Shown here: piece after piece, positions 9,635 to 22,467 of the stretch
Position numbering within the stretch: position 1 is the stretch's first letter
How the letters are laid out: each line of letters starts with the position of its first letter
Source of the DNA: an uncultured Acidobacteriota bacterium
GTDB taxonomy: Bacteria > Acidobacteriota > UBA6911
NCBI GenBank assembly: GCA_963827655.1
Contig: CAWHCF010000004.1
Span: 96,001-160,000, forward strand
Length of the DNA stretch: 64,000 bases
Direction of reading: 5' to 3'
Program-made: the position numbers and the translations under genes
The notes under the pieces: model-generated
Database searches by the model: none
What the model was told of the DNA's origin: nothing
Seen by the model: only the letters and a program-made list of their open reading frames with translations

Positions 9635-11701
9635 TTAGCGTCTTTGCGTCCTGGCGGTTACGGAGAGATTCGCCGAGAGAGCGCGAACGATAGCGCCGGC
9701 TCCTGCGACCCCCAGGAGCTCGGCCGAACGGGCGTGAGTCAATGCAGGTCCATACTGTCTCAAGTTCCAGAGAGTCATAGCGAGATTGTGGTGAGCCTGC
9801 CCCCAGTCAGGTTTCAACCTGACGGCCGTTTGAAGGGGTTGCAGAGCCGAGGTGTAGTCTCTCGCCAGGTAGAGGGCGAAGCCGAGGTCATGGTTCTTCT
9901 CCGCATCGCCGGGAGCGATCTCGCAGGCCCGTCGATAGTGCAGCACGGCCGCTTCAAGTTGTCCCCGGATCCGGTAAAGATATCCCAGGTTCGAGTGTAT
10001 CCAGGCATCGGTCCCGTACCTTGCCAGCGAACGTTTAAACAGCTCGATCGACTGAAGGTGCTCACCGTTTCTCAACAGTGAAAAACCCAGGCCATCCAGA
10101 ACGGTCTTGGTAGCCGTCCCGTTCCTTAACAGGGTCTGAAATTCGCGCGCTGATTCCTGGTAATCGGAAGCGTCCATACGAAGCGACGCCAGCTGTTCGC
10201 GGCATTCCCTGTTCCCGGGGTTGCGTACCAGGCAATCGCGGCAAGCCAGCTCCGCCCGGCCTGGGTTGCCGGATTTCCGGTAGGCGTGGATCAAACCTTG
10301 CCATCCTTCGGCGCCGTCAGGATTCAATTCGACGGCTCGACTGAAGCTTCTTATGGCTCGGGTGAAGTCGCCGCGCGTCATTGCGGATTGAGCTTCTCCC
10401 AGCAGAGCGGCTTCGTGTTTAGAGTTGATACGCAAGGCTTGGGAGTAATATTCGAGTGCCGCGCCTGTCTCGCCGCGCAGAGCCTGGACGTAGCCCATGT
10501 AGGAAAGCAGGTCCGGATCATCAGGCAGGCTCCGGATCGCGTCGAGCATCCGGGCCGCGGCCTCCTGAGCTTTGCCTTGATCGAGATTAGCGGCAGCCAG
10601 GCCTGCGTAGAGGTCCGGAACGGTCAACCCCCGGGTGAGGGCTCGACGATAGGCGCTGGCCGCTTCGGCATCTCTTCCCTGGAGCTGGAGGATGGCGGCC
10701 AGACCCAGGTGAGCCAGCGGATTTTCCGGATCGGTTTCAAGCGCCATGAGAAATGCTTGTCGCGCGTCGTCGATTTGATGCTTCTCTCGTAAGATCTCAC
10801 CCAGCCCGGCCCACGCTTTGGACAGGCGCGGATTGGAATCGAGACAGCGTCGAAGGGCGGCCTCGGCTTCTCCCTTGTTCCCTCTGGCCTTCGCGCGCGC
10901 GGCTTGAAGGAAAAGCCTCTCTGCGTCATAGGTGCGCTGCGACTCAACCCGGGCGGCTTCGGCCTCCTGCTGCTGTCCAAGTTTCCGGTAGGCCAGCTCC
11001 AGCTCCTGGTAGAGCAGCGGGTGATTGTTATCGAGGTCGAGCGCGCGTTCGCTCCAGAACAGGACTCCGTTCCAATCCTGGCCGGTCTTCGACAGGCCAA
11101 TCAGGCTTAAATACGAGGCGAGGTTTCCGGGCTCGAGCTCCACGGCCTTCTTGTATTCCTGGAATGCCTGGCCGTTCTTCCCGAGCGCCTGATAGAGAAA
11201 AGCGAGGGTACGGCGGTGCTCTGCCACCAGGGGATTCCGCTGCGCTAGTTCACGCGCCTCCCGCAAAGCCTCCTGATCTCTCCCCTGGAGAAAGAGACTC
11301 CGAATCCAATGAATACGGGCCCGGTCTCCCAGCGATCGATCACCGAGAATTTTTTCGAACTCCTGCGCGGCTTGCCGGGCCATTCCTTTTTGGACCCACG
11401 TGATTCCGAGTCCGAGTCGCGCAGCGGCGTGCTCGGAGCGCAGGTTCAGCGCCGTGGTGAAAGCATCTTCGGCTTCCGAAACCGCCGAGCGTCCCAGATA
11501 GAGAAAACCAAGTAAAACCCGCGCTTCAGTATGGGCCGGATCATTCTCGGCGATAGATCGTAGCAGTGCCTCGGCTTCAGAAGGGCGAGAGGCCTTGACA
11601 AGGGAAACTGCTCTCTGGAAGAGAGCATCATCGGCAGCGGGCAGACTCAGGCCGGCGGCAAGGGTGATGTAGATCAGAATGATCGCACGAATTAAGAGCA
11701 T
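9635..11701 (-). CDS. secreted tetratricopeptide repeat protein
   Basis: N-terminal signal peptide; many TPR units (AFQEYKKAVELEP, YYSQALRINS, HYRRACEIAP). Confidence 0.85.
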   Translation of the reverse strand: MLLIRAIILIYITLAAGLSLPAADDALFQRAVSLVKASRPSEAEALLRSIAENDPAHTEARVLLGFLYLGRSAVSEAEDAFTTALNLRSEHAAARLGLGITWVQKGMARQAAQEFEKILGDRSLGDRARIHWIRSLFLQGRDQEALREARELAQRNPLVAEHRRTLAFLYQALGKNGQAFQEYKKAVELEPGNLASYLSLIGLSKTGQDWNGVLFWSERALDLDNNHPLLYQELELAYRKLGQQQEAEAARVESQRTYDAERLFLQAARAKARGNKGEAEAALRRCLDSNPRLSKAWAGLGEILREKHQIDDARQAFLMALETDPENPLAHLGLAAILQLQGRDAEAASAYRRALTRGLTVPDLYAGLAAANLDQGKAQEAAARMLDAIRSLPDDPDLLSYMGYVQALRGETGAALEYYSQALRINSKHEAALLGEAQSAMTRGDFTRAIRSFSRAVELNPDGAEGWQGLIHAYRKSGNPGRAELACRDCLVRNPGNRECREQLASLRMDASDYQESAREFQTLLRNGTATKTVLDGLGFSLLRNGEHLQSIELFKRSLARYGTDAWIHSNLGYLYRIRGQLEAAVLHYRRACEIAPGDAEKNHDLGFALYLARDYTSALQPLQTAVRLKPDWGQAHHNLAMTLWNLRQYGPALTHARSAELLGVAGAGAIVRALSANLSVTARTQRR

Positions 11702-12080
11702 ATTGTGCAAGCGCTACCCGCGCATCCCGTATTCGACTGCCTGCCATCCCGGCGATCAGCCGCGCGCCGCTCGCCCCGACGATCGCATTCTCCGAGGGGC
11801 TTCGCGCGCTTGGTCTGCTGCAGCGCCCTGGTGGATCGCGTCTTGCTGACGAGAGGAAACCGCTCAGGATGCTCGATGGATTCAACCGCCAAGTCGATAT
11901 CAAGGTCCGGCCAGTACAGATGATTTGGGGCCTGGAGCAGCACGTTGAGGATGTGACCTACAGGAGCATCACGGAACCACGGAAACTCGTCGAACGGGAC
12001 GAACATCTCCCTGACTCCGATCAGGAGCCAGAAGCCGTGAGCTGAGACGTTAGTCACTTCAGCCTCCGGGGCGTCGCGTT
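11692..12080 (-). pseudogene. DUF2442 antitoxin-like gene, 5'-truncated
   Basis: EAEVTNVSAHGFWLL...FDEFPWF...HLYWPDLDIDLAVESIEHPERFPL; native start replaced by a palindromic element. Confidence 0.7.
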
Positions 12081-12084
12081 AACC

Positions 12085-12259
12085 AGGGCCGAAGGCCCGG
12101 CAGTGAATAGCCCCGCCCGTGAGGGCGTGGACGCGCAAGACCGAGTGGTCTGAGGTCCGAAGGACCGGCACTCCGGTTGTGTCGCACCTTCGGCGCTCAT
12201 AGTGGTGAGACCCAGTTTCCCCGGCCTCACGGGGCTACGACTGTCGGCCCTTTGGGCCT
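12085..12259. repeat. REPIN-like multi-hairpin element
   Basis: Hairpins gggccgaaggccc (12086-98), ggtccgaaggacc (12154-66), gcaccttcggcgc (12184-96), ggccctttgggcc (12246-58) in overall inverted arrangement. Confidence 0.72.
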
Positions 12260-12289
12260 TTCCTCTCTTCGTTCTGCCATCGAGCACTG

Positions 12290-12378
12290 GATCGCAGGAC
12301 ATGGACGTGGATCCGTGGCTCCTCACGCGAAAAGAAGTAGAATCGATACCCGCCCTTCCGGAATACGGTTGGACTCAC
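12290..12378 (-). pseudogene. DUF4160 toxin-like gene, 3'-truncated
   Basis: (M)SPTVFRKGGYRFYFFSREEPRIHVHV, then similarity is lost just before the palindromic element. Confidence 0.72.
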
Positions 12379-12516
12379 CCTGCTATGCTTTATCGAGTCA
12401 GGCAGCGATACGAATGTGATCGTAGCACTTGGATACCACGCCTTCAACAAGCCACCACGAACCCTAAGGAAGGCGTCATCGAAATGGGCGGGTACTCAGA
12501 CGGCGGGCTGTCCCAT

Positions 12517-13656
12517 TCAGTAAGCCGCCTGATAAAGGGCCAGCGCTTCTGATTCCTGGAGTGGCCGGGGATTGAACGTGCCGGTCCACTGTTCCATTGC
12601 CCCCCGCGCCAGGGCCGGGAGATCCTCCTTCTTGACGCCAATTTCCCCCAGGCGCTGCGGCAGACCGCTTCGCTCGAGCAAATGTAGCAGGCGGACTTCG
12701 AGACTGACGCCGCCGGCATCGTCTGAAACGCTCATCAATTCGCGATAGCTGTCACCGACCTCAGCGCTGTTCCAGCGCACGACATGATGAAGAAGGATGG
12801 CGATCGCCATGCCGTGGTTGGTTCCGTAGCGATCAGTCAAGGGGTTTGCCAGCGCATGCGTCGCTCCCAGCATGGAGTTTTCGATGGCCACACCCGCGAG
12901 ACAGGCTCCCAGAAGCATCGCGCCGCGAGCGTTCAAATCATCAGGTTGTTGGAGAACCCGTTCATAGTTATTGTCCAGTGACCGCCAGGCTTCCAAAGAG
13001 AAGAACTGCGAGTTAGAACTTCGCCTGGTGCTGACATAGGTTTCAACGGCGTGGCCGATGGCATCGAAGCCCGCCGTTGCCGTTACCATCCGGGGCTGCG
13101 ATACCGTAAGCTGCGGGTCGAGGATGGCAGCCTGGAATGCCGCCTTGGGATCGCCGCAGGCCATCTTGCGATGACTCTGGTCGTCGCTGATCAAGGCGTA
13201 AGACTGCGCTTCACTGCCGGTCCCGGCTGTGGTGGGAACCGCAACCATCGGGAGCATCGGTTTTTGCGCTTTGCCGTAGCCCCAGTAGTCCTTCATGCAG
13301 CCGCCGTTAGTGAGAAGAAAATTGATGGCCTTGGCGCAATCGAGCGAACTTCCTCCGCCCAGGCCAACGATAAAATCTGCGCCGCTTTCGCGCGCGGCGC
13401 GCATTCCTCTCTCCGCCATCTCGGAAGTTGGGTTTTCGCCGAAGTCATGGAAGCGTTCGACCCGGAGGCCGGCATTGGTCATGACCTCCGAAGCGATAGC
13501 TACATGCCCGGCCGCCACAAGACCTGGATCCGAAACCAGCAAAACGCAGCGCCCTCCCGATTCGCGCACGAGATCGCCGAGACGCGACACAGCTCCTACG
13601 CCAAAGTGAATTCGAGTCGGGGACTTGAATTCAACCGCCTCCACCGGGGCTCCCAC
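12517..13656 (-). CDS. iron-containing alcohol dehydrogenase
   Basis: GLGGGSSLD, VPTTAGTGSE, DAIGHAVE, HALANPL...HG metal ligands. Confidence 0.92.
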   Translation of the reverse strand: MGAPVEAVEFKSPTRIHFGVGAVSRLGDLVRESGGRCVLLVSDPGLVAAGHVAIASEVMTNAGLRVERFHDFGENPTSEMAERGMRAARESGADFIVGLGGGSSLDCAKAINFLLTNGGCMKDYWGYGKAQKPMLPMVAVPTTAGTGSEAQSYALISDDQSHRKMACGDPKAAFQAAILDPQLTVSQPRMVTATAGFDAIGHAVETYVSTRRSSNSQFFSLEAWRSLDNNYERVLQQPDDLNARGAMLLGACLAGVAIENSMLGATHALANPLTDRYGTNHGMAIAILLHHVVRWNSAEVGDSYRELMSVSDDAGGVSLEVRLLHLLERSGLPQRLGEIGVKKEDLPALARGAMEQWTGTFNPRPLQESEALALYQAAY

Positions 13657-13836
13657 AGCGCGGAAACGCGTCTAACCGAGAAGACTCAATGAAACCCAAA
13701 GCACGATTTTGAAATTGTGGCGGGGAATTGGACGATTTGGAAGAGTAATTGTTTCAAAATTTGTTGCTTTGGGACGGCGCCTTTCTCTACGAACGCTCGT
13801 ATTCAGAAGCCCGACTGTCAGGTAGGGCATAGATTT

Positions 13837-13899
13837 TGGCCCTGAGTCGAAAAGATTCATCGTGGCGCATTAGAGGTTTGCCATGAAGTTCTCGCGTAT
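13837..13899 (+). repeat. copy 1 of ~63-bp direct repeat (candidate ECF promoter)
   Basis: Core gcgcattagaggtttgccatgaagttctcgcg (from 13865) recurs at 18463. Confidence 0.7.
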
Positions 13900-14070
13900 A
13901 TGGACGAAAGCGAAATCGAACTCGGCGTTGGGACAACTCTCTGAAAAAACGGCAGGCGTGGCTCGGTAACCCTGACTACGAACCCCGCTGTATAGCACAG
14001 CCTTCACGATCGGCTAAAGCCGGAACGACCAACCATCAGGCACGCGCCTGAGAAACGAAAGGAGCCGCAA

Positions 14071-15020
14071 ATGAAACCTATTACCAAGATGACTATCGGC
14101 CTGGCAGCGTTCGCGCTGCTGGCCCTCTTTCCGGCCGGTGCTCTCGGGCAACACTTCTCCGAGTGGTCGACACCGGTAAGCCTGGGGCCGACGATCAACA
14201 CTACATCTTTTGAGGTTTGTCCGTCGGTTACAAAGGATGGTCTCAGTCTTTACTTTGGCTCCCCGCGATCCGGCGGCCTCGGTAACGTGGACATCTACGT
14301 TTCAAAGCGTCCGAGCACCAACGATCCGTGGGGAACTCCGCAAAACCTCGGCCCGACGATCAATTCCCCCTCTGTTGACAACTGTCCGTTCGTGACACCC
14401 GATGGCCACACCCTGATTTTTCTGAGCAATCGACCGGAGGTTCCGGTGGCATCGACTTGTACGTTTCATCCCGCCGGAACAAGAGGGATGATTTCGGCTG
14501 GGAGACGCCCGTCCCCCTGCCAGGAATGAACACACCTTTCAATGAGTTTGGCCCAACGGGCTACGAGGATGAAGAAACGGGAGACTTCGTTCTCTTCTTT
14601 ACATCGGATCGCCCGGGCGGCCCCGGCGGCCCCGACATCTATATGACCAGAACGGCAAGCGATGGAACGCTGCTTCCGCCTACTCTCGTGGCAGAACTCA
14701 GCAGCAGTGCGCAAGATTTGTTTGCCAACGTCCGAAAAGACGGGCGAGAATTGTTTCTCTCATCCGATCGCACCGGCACAATTGGAAGTGTGGACTTCTG
14801 GGTGGCCACACGCGAGAGCACCTCTGACCCGTGGGGGGTTCCAGAAAACCTCGGACCGACTATCAATAGCACGGGTTTTGAACAGCGCACCGCGATTTCA
14901 TGGGATGCTCTGACGTTGATTTTCTCTTCGAACCGGCATGGGACCGCGACCTCCGAACTCGACCTGTACGAGACTAACCGTACCAAGCAAAGGGGGCACA
15001 AGGACGATAATGACCACTGA
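14071..15020 (+). CDS. secreted PD40/TolB-like beta-propeller protein (frameshift near 14440)
   Basis: Signal peptide; repeated W.TP.NLGPTINS and DG..L.F.S.R.GG.G..DIY units spread over two frames. Confidence 0.8.
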
Positions 15021-15047
15021 GGCGGTAAACGAGCGATCGGAAAAAGC

Positions 15048-17652
<2,605 letters not shown>

Positions 17653-17663
<11 letters not shown>

Positions 17664-18237
17664 CCGGACCTCCCTGGGTCAGCTCACGTTGCAGCCAGGC
17701 CTTGGCCAGCGTCCAGTCGCGCATCACGGTTCCCGGCGAAACGCCCAGGATCTCAGCCGTTTCTTCAATACTCATACCGCCAAAGAAACGCAATTCCACC
17801 AGCTCGCTCTTGCGGGAATCAAGCTCGGCCAGTCTCAGCAATGCCTCGTCCAGTGCAACCACTTCTGCGGCCCGGTCACTGGACACGCCCATGGCTTCAT
17901 CCAGCTCCGCCGGCTGAGCGCCACCGCCGCGTTTGGCATACTGGCGTGCCCGAGCGTAGTCCACAAGGATACGGCGCATCATCCGGGCCGCCAGCGCAAA
18001 GAATTGGGCACGGTTCTTCCAGTTCGCTTCGCGCTGATCGACGAGTCGAAGGTAGGCCTCATGGACGAGGGCGGTGGTTTGCAGCGTGTGGTCCGGACGC
18101 TCACCACGAAGCTGGCCGTGTGCGAGCCGGCGCAGTTCCCGGTACACCAGCGGCATCAACTCCTCGAGAGCGTGCTGGTCGCCACTGCCCCATGCGACGA
18201 GCTTTTGGGTTACCCCTTCGGGGAGCGGTTCCTTCAT
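17653..18237 (-). CDS. ECF sigma factor, TIGR02999-type (kinase-associated)
   Basis: [45 protein letters not shown]; overlaps the kinase start. Confidence 0.92.
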
Positions 18238-18435
18238 CTTCTCGAATCCTGCGCGCCAGGGGACTAACGCCGATGCGGGCGATTATAACACTTGCCGGGC
18301 TAACCCCGAATTCCGGAGGGTCGGACCCGAGCTCGGTTGTCAAAGCCCCGAGCCTTCCCTGGCGGTCGGGCTTTTGAACTAGCCAAGCCACAAGACAGTA
18401 GCCCGAGTGTGAGGGGAGGGGAAAGATTTTAGCCA

Positions 18436-18498
18436 GGCCCTGGGACGAAAAAATTCTTTGCAGCGCATTAGAGGTTTTGCCATGAAGTTCTCGCGCAT
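18436..18498 (+). repeat. copy 2 of ~63-bp direct repeat (candidate ECF promoter)
   Basis: ggccctgggacgaaaaaattc...gcgcattagaggttttgccatgaagttctcgcgcat. Confidence 0.7.
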
Positions 18499-18549
18499 CA
18501 TTGAGTCGCCTCGCTCCAAGGCATGCGTTGGTTGGATTCGATAGCCGGA

Positions 18550-18660
18550 TTATTCCTCCGGGAAATTCATGCGTCGGAGCAGCACTTTCCAGCGTGGATC
18601 GGAATGCAGATTCTCAAGAGGCTGGTCTTCCTTGAGTACGACAAGTAAAGAGTTGCTCCC
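18550..18660 (-). pseudogene. C-terminal remnant of a second TPR/kinase-type protein
   Basis: LLVVLKEDQPLENLHSDPRWKVLLRRMNFPEE* resembles the LDPIRKDPAF-type tail of the intact kinase; no upstream domains. Confidence 0.6.
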
Positions 18661-18997
18661 TCCACGTCGTCGGTCGATCCGGGAGGTCGACCAGGCTGGC
18701 AGTACGGACCCGATCGGTGGCGTAGACGATGACTTCGACACCGCGCTGTCGGTCCCTCGGGCACGGGGTCAGAACGTGTGAAAAAATTCAGCGAACAGCC
18801 CTCGATTGACCAAGAGCCCTTTGGCTTGCCACAGACGCAATCTATTCACAGCTTCTCAGCGTCGGACTCGCGTCCAGACAGTTTTCAAGAAACTCAGCTG
18901 ACATGCGACTGGCTGGCAGCCTAGGTGTTTTGTGTGCGGGATGAACCAGGGTCTCGATCGTTTGAGTCGAACGGCATATTCACGAGGCAACCAACGT

Positions 18998-19870
18998 TTA
19001 CGGCTCAGGTTCAAGGTCGAGCGCCACATCAAGCTGAGGCGCGCTGTGGGTAAGCCATCCGACCGAGAGCAGATCCACTCCGGCGGCGGCGACCGCCCGC
19101 GCCGTTGCGGGGTTGATTCCGCCCGACGCCTCGATTATCACTTTACCCTGCGCCAGGCGGACGCTCCGGCCGATGTCGGCGAGCGACATGTTGTCCAGCA
19201 GAACAGCGTCAACCTCGAGTCGAAGGACTTCTTCCAATTCTTCGATGGTGTCGACCTCAACCTCGATTTTTACCAGATGCCCGATGTAGCGACGGACTCT
19301 TTCAACCGCGGCCGTCACGCTTCCGGCGATCCGGCGGTGGTTGTCTTTTATCAGAACGGCGTCATCGAGTCCGAAGCGATGATTGGCGCCGCAGCCGGCG
19401 CGAACCGCATACTTCTCGAGCGCTCTCAGCCCGGGTGTGGTCTTTCTGGTACACACGACCTTTGCCGGATATTCCCGGATGGCTGCAACGATGTCGCGGG
19501 TTGCGGTGGCTATGCCGCACAGGCGACCTAGCAGGTTGAGCGCAGAGCGCTCGGCCGAAAGCAGCGGCCTCGCGGCTCCACGGATCTCGGCCACTGTCTC
19601 CCCCGGCGCGGCGTCACCGCCGTCCGGAACCCGGACTGTAACCGCGACGTTGGGATCGAGGAGCCGGAAGGCGCAGGCCGAGACCTCGATTCCTGCAATC
19701 CGGCCGCCACTGCGCGCCACAATGAGGGCGTTCGCCGACGCCTGAGGGGGCACGATGGCGTCGGTTGTGAGATCGCCAGCCCGCCCAAGATCCTCTTCTA
19801 GAGCTCTGCGAACCACGCTTTCATATAGCAGCGGATACAGCGGTCTGAGATGGACGCTCGACTCTGCCAT
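18998..19870 (-). CDS. nadC: quinolinate phosphoribosyltransferase
   Basis: ALEED..GDLTT, TRKTTPGLR, HRFGLDDAVLIKDNH, EVEV, LLDN, EASGG. Confidence 0.96.
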   Translation of the reverse strand: MAESSVHLRPLYPLLYESVVRRALEEDLGRAGDLTTDAIVPPQASANALIVARSGGRIAGIEVSACAFRLLDPNVAVTVRVPDGGDAAPGETVAEIRGAARPLLSAERSALNLLGRLCGIATATRDIVAAIREYPAKVVCTRKTTPGLRALEKYAVRAGCGANHRFGLDDAVLIKDNHRRIAGSVTAAVERVRRYIGHLVKIEVEVDTIEELEEVLRLEVDAVLLDNMSLADIGRSVRLAQGKVIIEASGGINPATARAVAAAGVDLLSVGWLTHSAPQLDVALDLEPEP

Positions 19871-19927
19871 TTTGAGTAACGGTAACCATTCATGAATCCT
19901 GCTTGTCGTTTGCGACCGGCGAACAGC

Positions 19928-19961
19928 GTGTTTCTTAGTGTTTCTTCGTGTCCTAGTGGTA
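19928..19961. repeat. dispersed 9-nt-period repeat
   Basis: gtgtttcttagtgtttcttcgtgtcctagtggt between nadA and nadC. Confidence 0.65.
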
Positions 19962-20069
19962 TTTGTTTCGTCTCCAGGAAAACGCCAGCACCGACGAGTG
20001 ACAGGAGGTCGCTAAGTCGTCGTGGCCATAAATACCGTAACCATTCAGGTCTCATCATCTCACCAGAAG

Positions 20070-21104
20070 TCAATTCCGCCGCAACTCCAGCATCCGCTCG
20101 ACCGAGCGCCGGGCTTTCTCGGCGACGTCTGGTTCAATCGTCACTTCCGGTTGCATCGTCTGGAGACAGCGCAGAATCTTCGGAAGGGTAATACGCTTCA
20201 TATGCGGGCAGAGGTTGCACGGGCGAATAAACTCGACCTCCGGGAACTCGACCGCTACGTTGTCGCTCATCGAGCACTCGGTGATCATGACGACTCGACT
20301 GGGGCGCTGCTGGTCGACGTGGCGAATCATTCCCGAGGTGGATCCTACGTAATCGGCTTCTGCCAGGACATCAGGCGAGCATTCCGGGTGAGCCAGGATC
20401 TGGATGTCGGGGTATTGCTGGCGGTAGAGGCGCAGGTCACCGGCCGAGAATCGTTCATGAACCTCACAGTGTCCCTTCCAGAGGATCACCTGGGTTTTTG
20501 TCTGTCCGGCAACATAGCGTCCCAGGAACTCGTCAGGCAGGAAAATCACCCGTTCGCTTCCCAGCGACTCGACGATCTCGACGGCGTTGGCGGAGGTGCA
20601 GCAGACATCCGACTCCGCTTTCACCGCGGCCGAAGTATTAACGTAAGTGACGACGGGAACCCCCGGATAGCGCTGGCGCAGCAGCCGCACATCGTCGGCC
20701 GTGATAGACGCTGCCAAAGAGCACCCGGCCTCGACGTCCGGGATCAGGACTTTCTTATCGGGGCAGAGAAGCTTCGCGGTCTCGGCCATGAAGTGCACGC
20801 CACAAAGCACAATGATCTCGGCATCGGTTTGAGCCGCCTGCCGAGCAAGCGCAAGTGAATCGCCCGTGAGATCGGCGACGCCATGGAATATTTCAGGGGT
20901 CTGGTAATTGTGGCTCAGGATGATGGCGTTGTGCCGGCGCTTGAGATCGTTGATCGCGGCCACATAGGGAGCGTGCACGGGCCATTCAATCTGGGGCATG
21001 ACATTCCGGATGCGCTCGAAGATCGGAGCGGTCGCCTGAGCCACCGCAGGCGTGTAGTCCAGACCGTCTGCCGGTCGAGATGAATCGAAAGTGTAAGAGG
21101 CCAA
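20070..21104 (-). CDS. nadA: quinolinate synthase A
   Basis: [41 protein letters not shown]; TTG start at 21104 after a GAGGAGG RBS. Confidence 0.96.
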   Translation of the reverse strand: MASYTFDSSRPADGLDYTPAVAQATAPIFERIRNVMPQIEWPVHAPYVAAINDLKRRHNAIILSHNYQTPEIFHGVADLTGDSLALARQAAQTDAEIIVLCGVHFMAETAKLLCPDKKVLIPDVEAGCSLAASITADDVRLLRQRYPGVPVVTYVNTSAAVKAESDVCCTSANAVEIVESLGSERVIFLPDEFLGRYVAGQTKTQVILWKGHCEVHERFSAGDLRLYRQQYPDIQILAHPECSPDVLAEADYVGSTSGMIRHVDQQRPSRVVMITECSMSDNVAVEFPEVEFIRPCNLCPHMKRITLPKILRCLQTMQPEVTIEPDVAEKARRSVERMLELRRN

Positions 21105-21121
21105 CTTGATACCCTCCTCCC

Positions 21122-21142
21122 TTATGCTCATCCTGAGCATAT
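21122..21142. promoter_or_regulatory. NadQ operator box 1
   Basis: ttatgctcatcctgagcatat fits the palindromic NadQ consensus ttATRCTCannntGAGYATaa; abuts the nadA RBS. Confidence 0.85.
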
Positions 21143-21180
21143 TAAGCCCCAAAAAAATCGCCCCGCCCCGCGGGGCCCAG

Positions 21181-21201
21181 TTATACTAGACCTGAGCATA
21201 T
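21181..21201. promoter_or_regulatory. NadQ operator box 2
   Basis: ttatactagacctgagcatat, degenerate second copy 59 bp from box 1. Confidence 0.72.
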
Positions 21202-21300
21202 GGGGTGTCAACCCCTAACATCATGTGCAGCCTGGTGCAGTCCGGAGCGGGCTTGGATGTCTGCAGGTTCTCAGCGCGCTGGGATCGAGTGCCTGTCAGG

Positions 21301-22326
21301 TTAACTCTGGCGCAATCCGGGCAGGCCGACGCCCGGAGCGGGCCGTTCGCGCAACACGTCGCGTCGGAAGCGGAAAAGCTCGGCCGGGCGGCCACCGGTT
21401 GAATCGTCGAGACGGCCGGTGCCTTCGACCAGCCCCCCTTTTTCGAGCAGACGGCGCAAGTTCTGTTTGTGCAACCGAACGCCGGAGAGCGCTTCCACCA
21501 GGCGCTGAAGTTGCCACAGAGTAAAGGTCGGAGGGAGAAGCTCGAAGACCACGGGGCGGTACTTTATTTTTCCCCTTAACCGGCCGAGGGCTGTGGCAAG
21601 AATACGGCGATGGTCAAAGGCCATCGACTGGCCGACGTGAACGCCGGCGTACTGCTTCGGCTCCTGATTCCCCACAGGCCGAACCGCCTTTGGTGCGTGG
21701 TCGTAAATGGCCTCAGCTGCCAGCCCGGCTTCGTAAAGTAACTCGTAACGTTCGAGAACGAGCTCTCCATTCCACGGCACGCCTCCGAGACCAAATGAAA
21801 TGTCTATTCGCTCCCGCCTTTGCCGGCGTCGGGAGTCGACCGGAGCGTCGCGAACCCAGCGGACCAAGGCCGGTGCTATCGGCTGATCGATTGCAGCCGG
21901 GCGGCCGGTGCGCCAGTCTTCCCAGGGGAAGAATCGGTACCAGTCAACCCACTCCGACTCACTTGCACCCGACGGTTTGACCTCGCGCACCAGCGCCAGG
22001 TAGGCAATCGATATCATCCGGGGAGCGCCCTTCCACTCCCGAGAAAAGCGGTTGCGATCGGCAAAGGTGTAAAGCTGCTCGACGTAACCCAGCTCGAGTC
22101 CGGTCTGTTCGCGCACCCATTGGCGCAAGGCCCGCTCCAGCGTTTGGTCGCTACTCGGGTCCAGAGGTCCAAAGGGAAGGGCGTCTCGCGTCCAATCGCC
22201 GGCGCTTCGCCTCTTTTTTGAAAAACCCGGGAGATAACTCGATTTCTTTACCGTGAGAATCCTGGGCACTTCGTCCGTGACCGCTACGATGACGGCGTTG
22301 AGTCCAATATCTACGGGCGTCTTCAC
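21301..22326 (-). CDS. nadQ: NadQ-type NAD biosynthesis regulator (degenerate Nudix + winged HTH)
   Basis: GYVEQLYTFADR, FPWEDWR, LERYELLYEAGL, DHRRILATALGRLRGKIKYRPVVFEL, HKQN.RRL; adjacent to nadA. Confidence 0.82.
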   Translation of the reverse strand: MKTPVDIGLNAVIVAVTDEVPRILTVKKSSYLPGFSKKRRSAGDWTRDALPFGPLDPSSDQTLERALRQWVREQTGLELGYVEQLYTFADRNRFSREWKGAPRMISIAYLALVREVKPSGASESEWVDWYRFFPWEDWRTGRPAAIDQPIAPALVRWVRDAPVDSRRRQRRERIDISFGLGGVPWNGELVLERYELLYEAGLAAEAIYDHAPKAVRPVGNQEPKQYAGVHVGQSMAFDHRRILATALGRLRGKIKYRPVVFELLPPTFTLWQLQRLVEALSGVRLHKQNLRRLLEKGGLVEGTGRLDDSTGGRPAELFRFRRDVLRERPAPGVGLPGLRQS

Positions 22327-22467
22327 GATTTTCTTCCCTGGTCCTTCCGTGCCTTCGGTTGATTCAGGTAGTGTCTCGCCTTCGGGATCGAGATTCCACG
22401 TGAAAGGCTTGTCTCAGGAGGGGTATCATCGTCTCGAAAGAAACAAGTTTAATCCCGGCCATTGCCA

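Noticed and set aside
18342-18375. Hairpin aaagccccga...tcgggctttt as a terminator
   Set aside because: Lies upstream of the sigma gene with no gene ending into it, and has a long loop; function unsupported.
18769-18858. Possible IS-end scar (agaacgtgtgaa ... ttcacagcttct)
   Set aside because: Only about 10 of 13 bases are complementary, with no target duplication or transposase; too weak to call.
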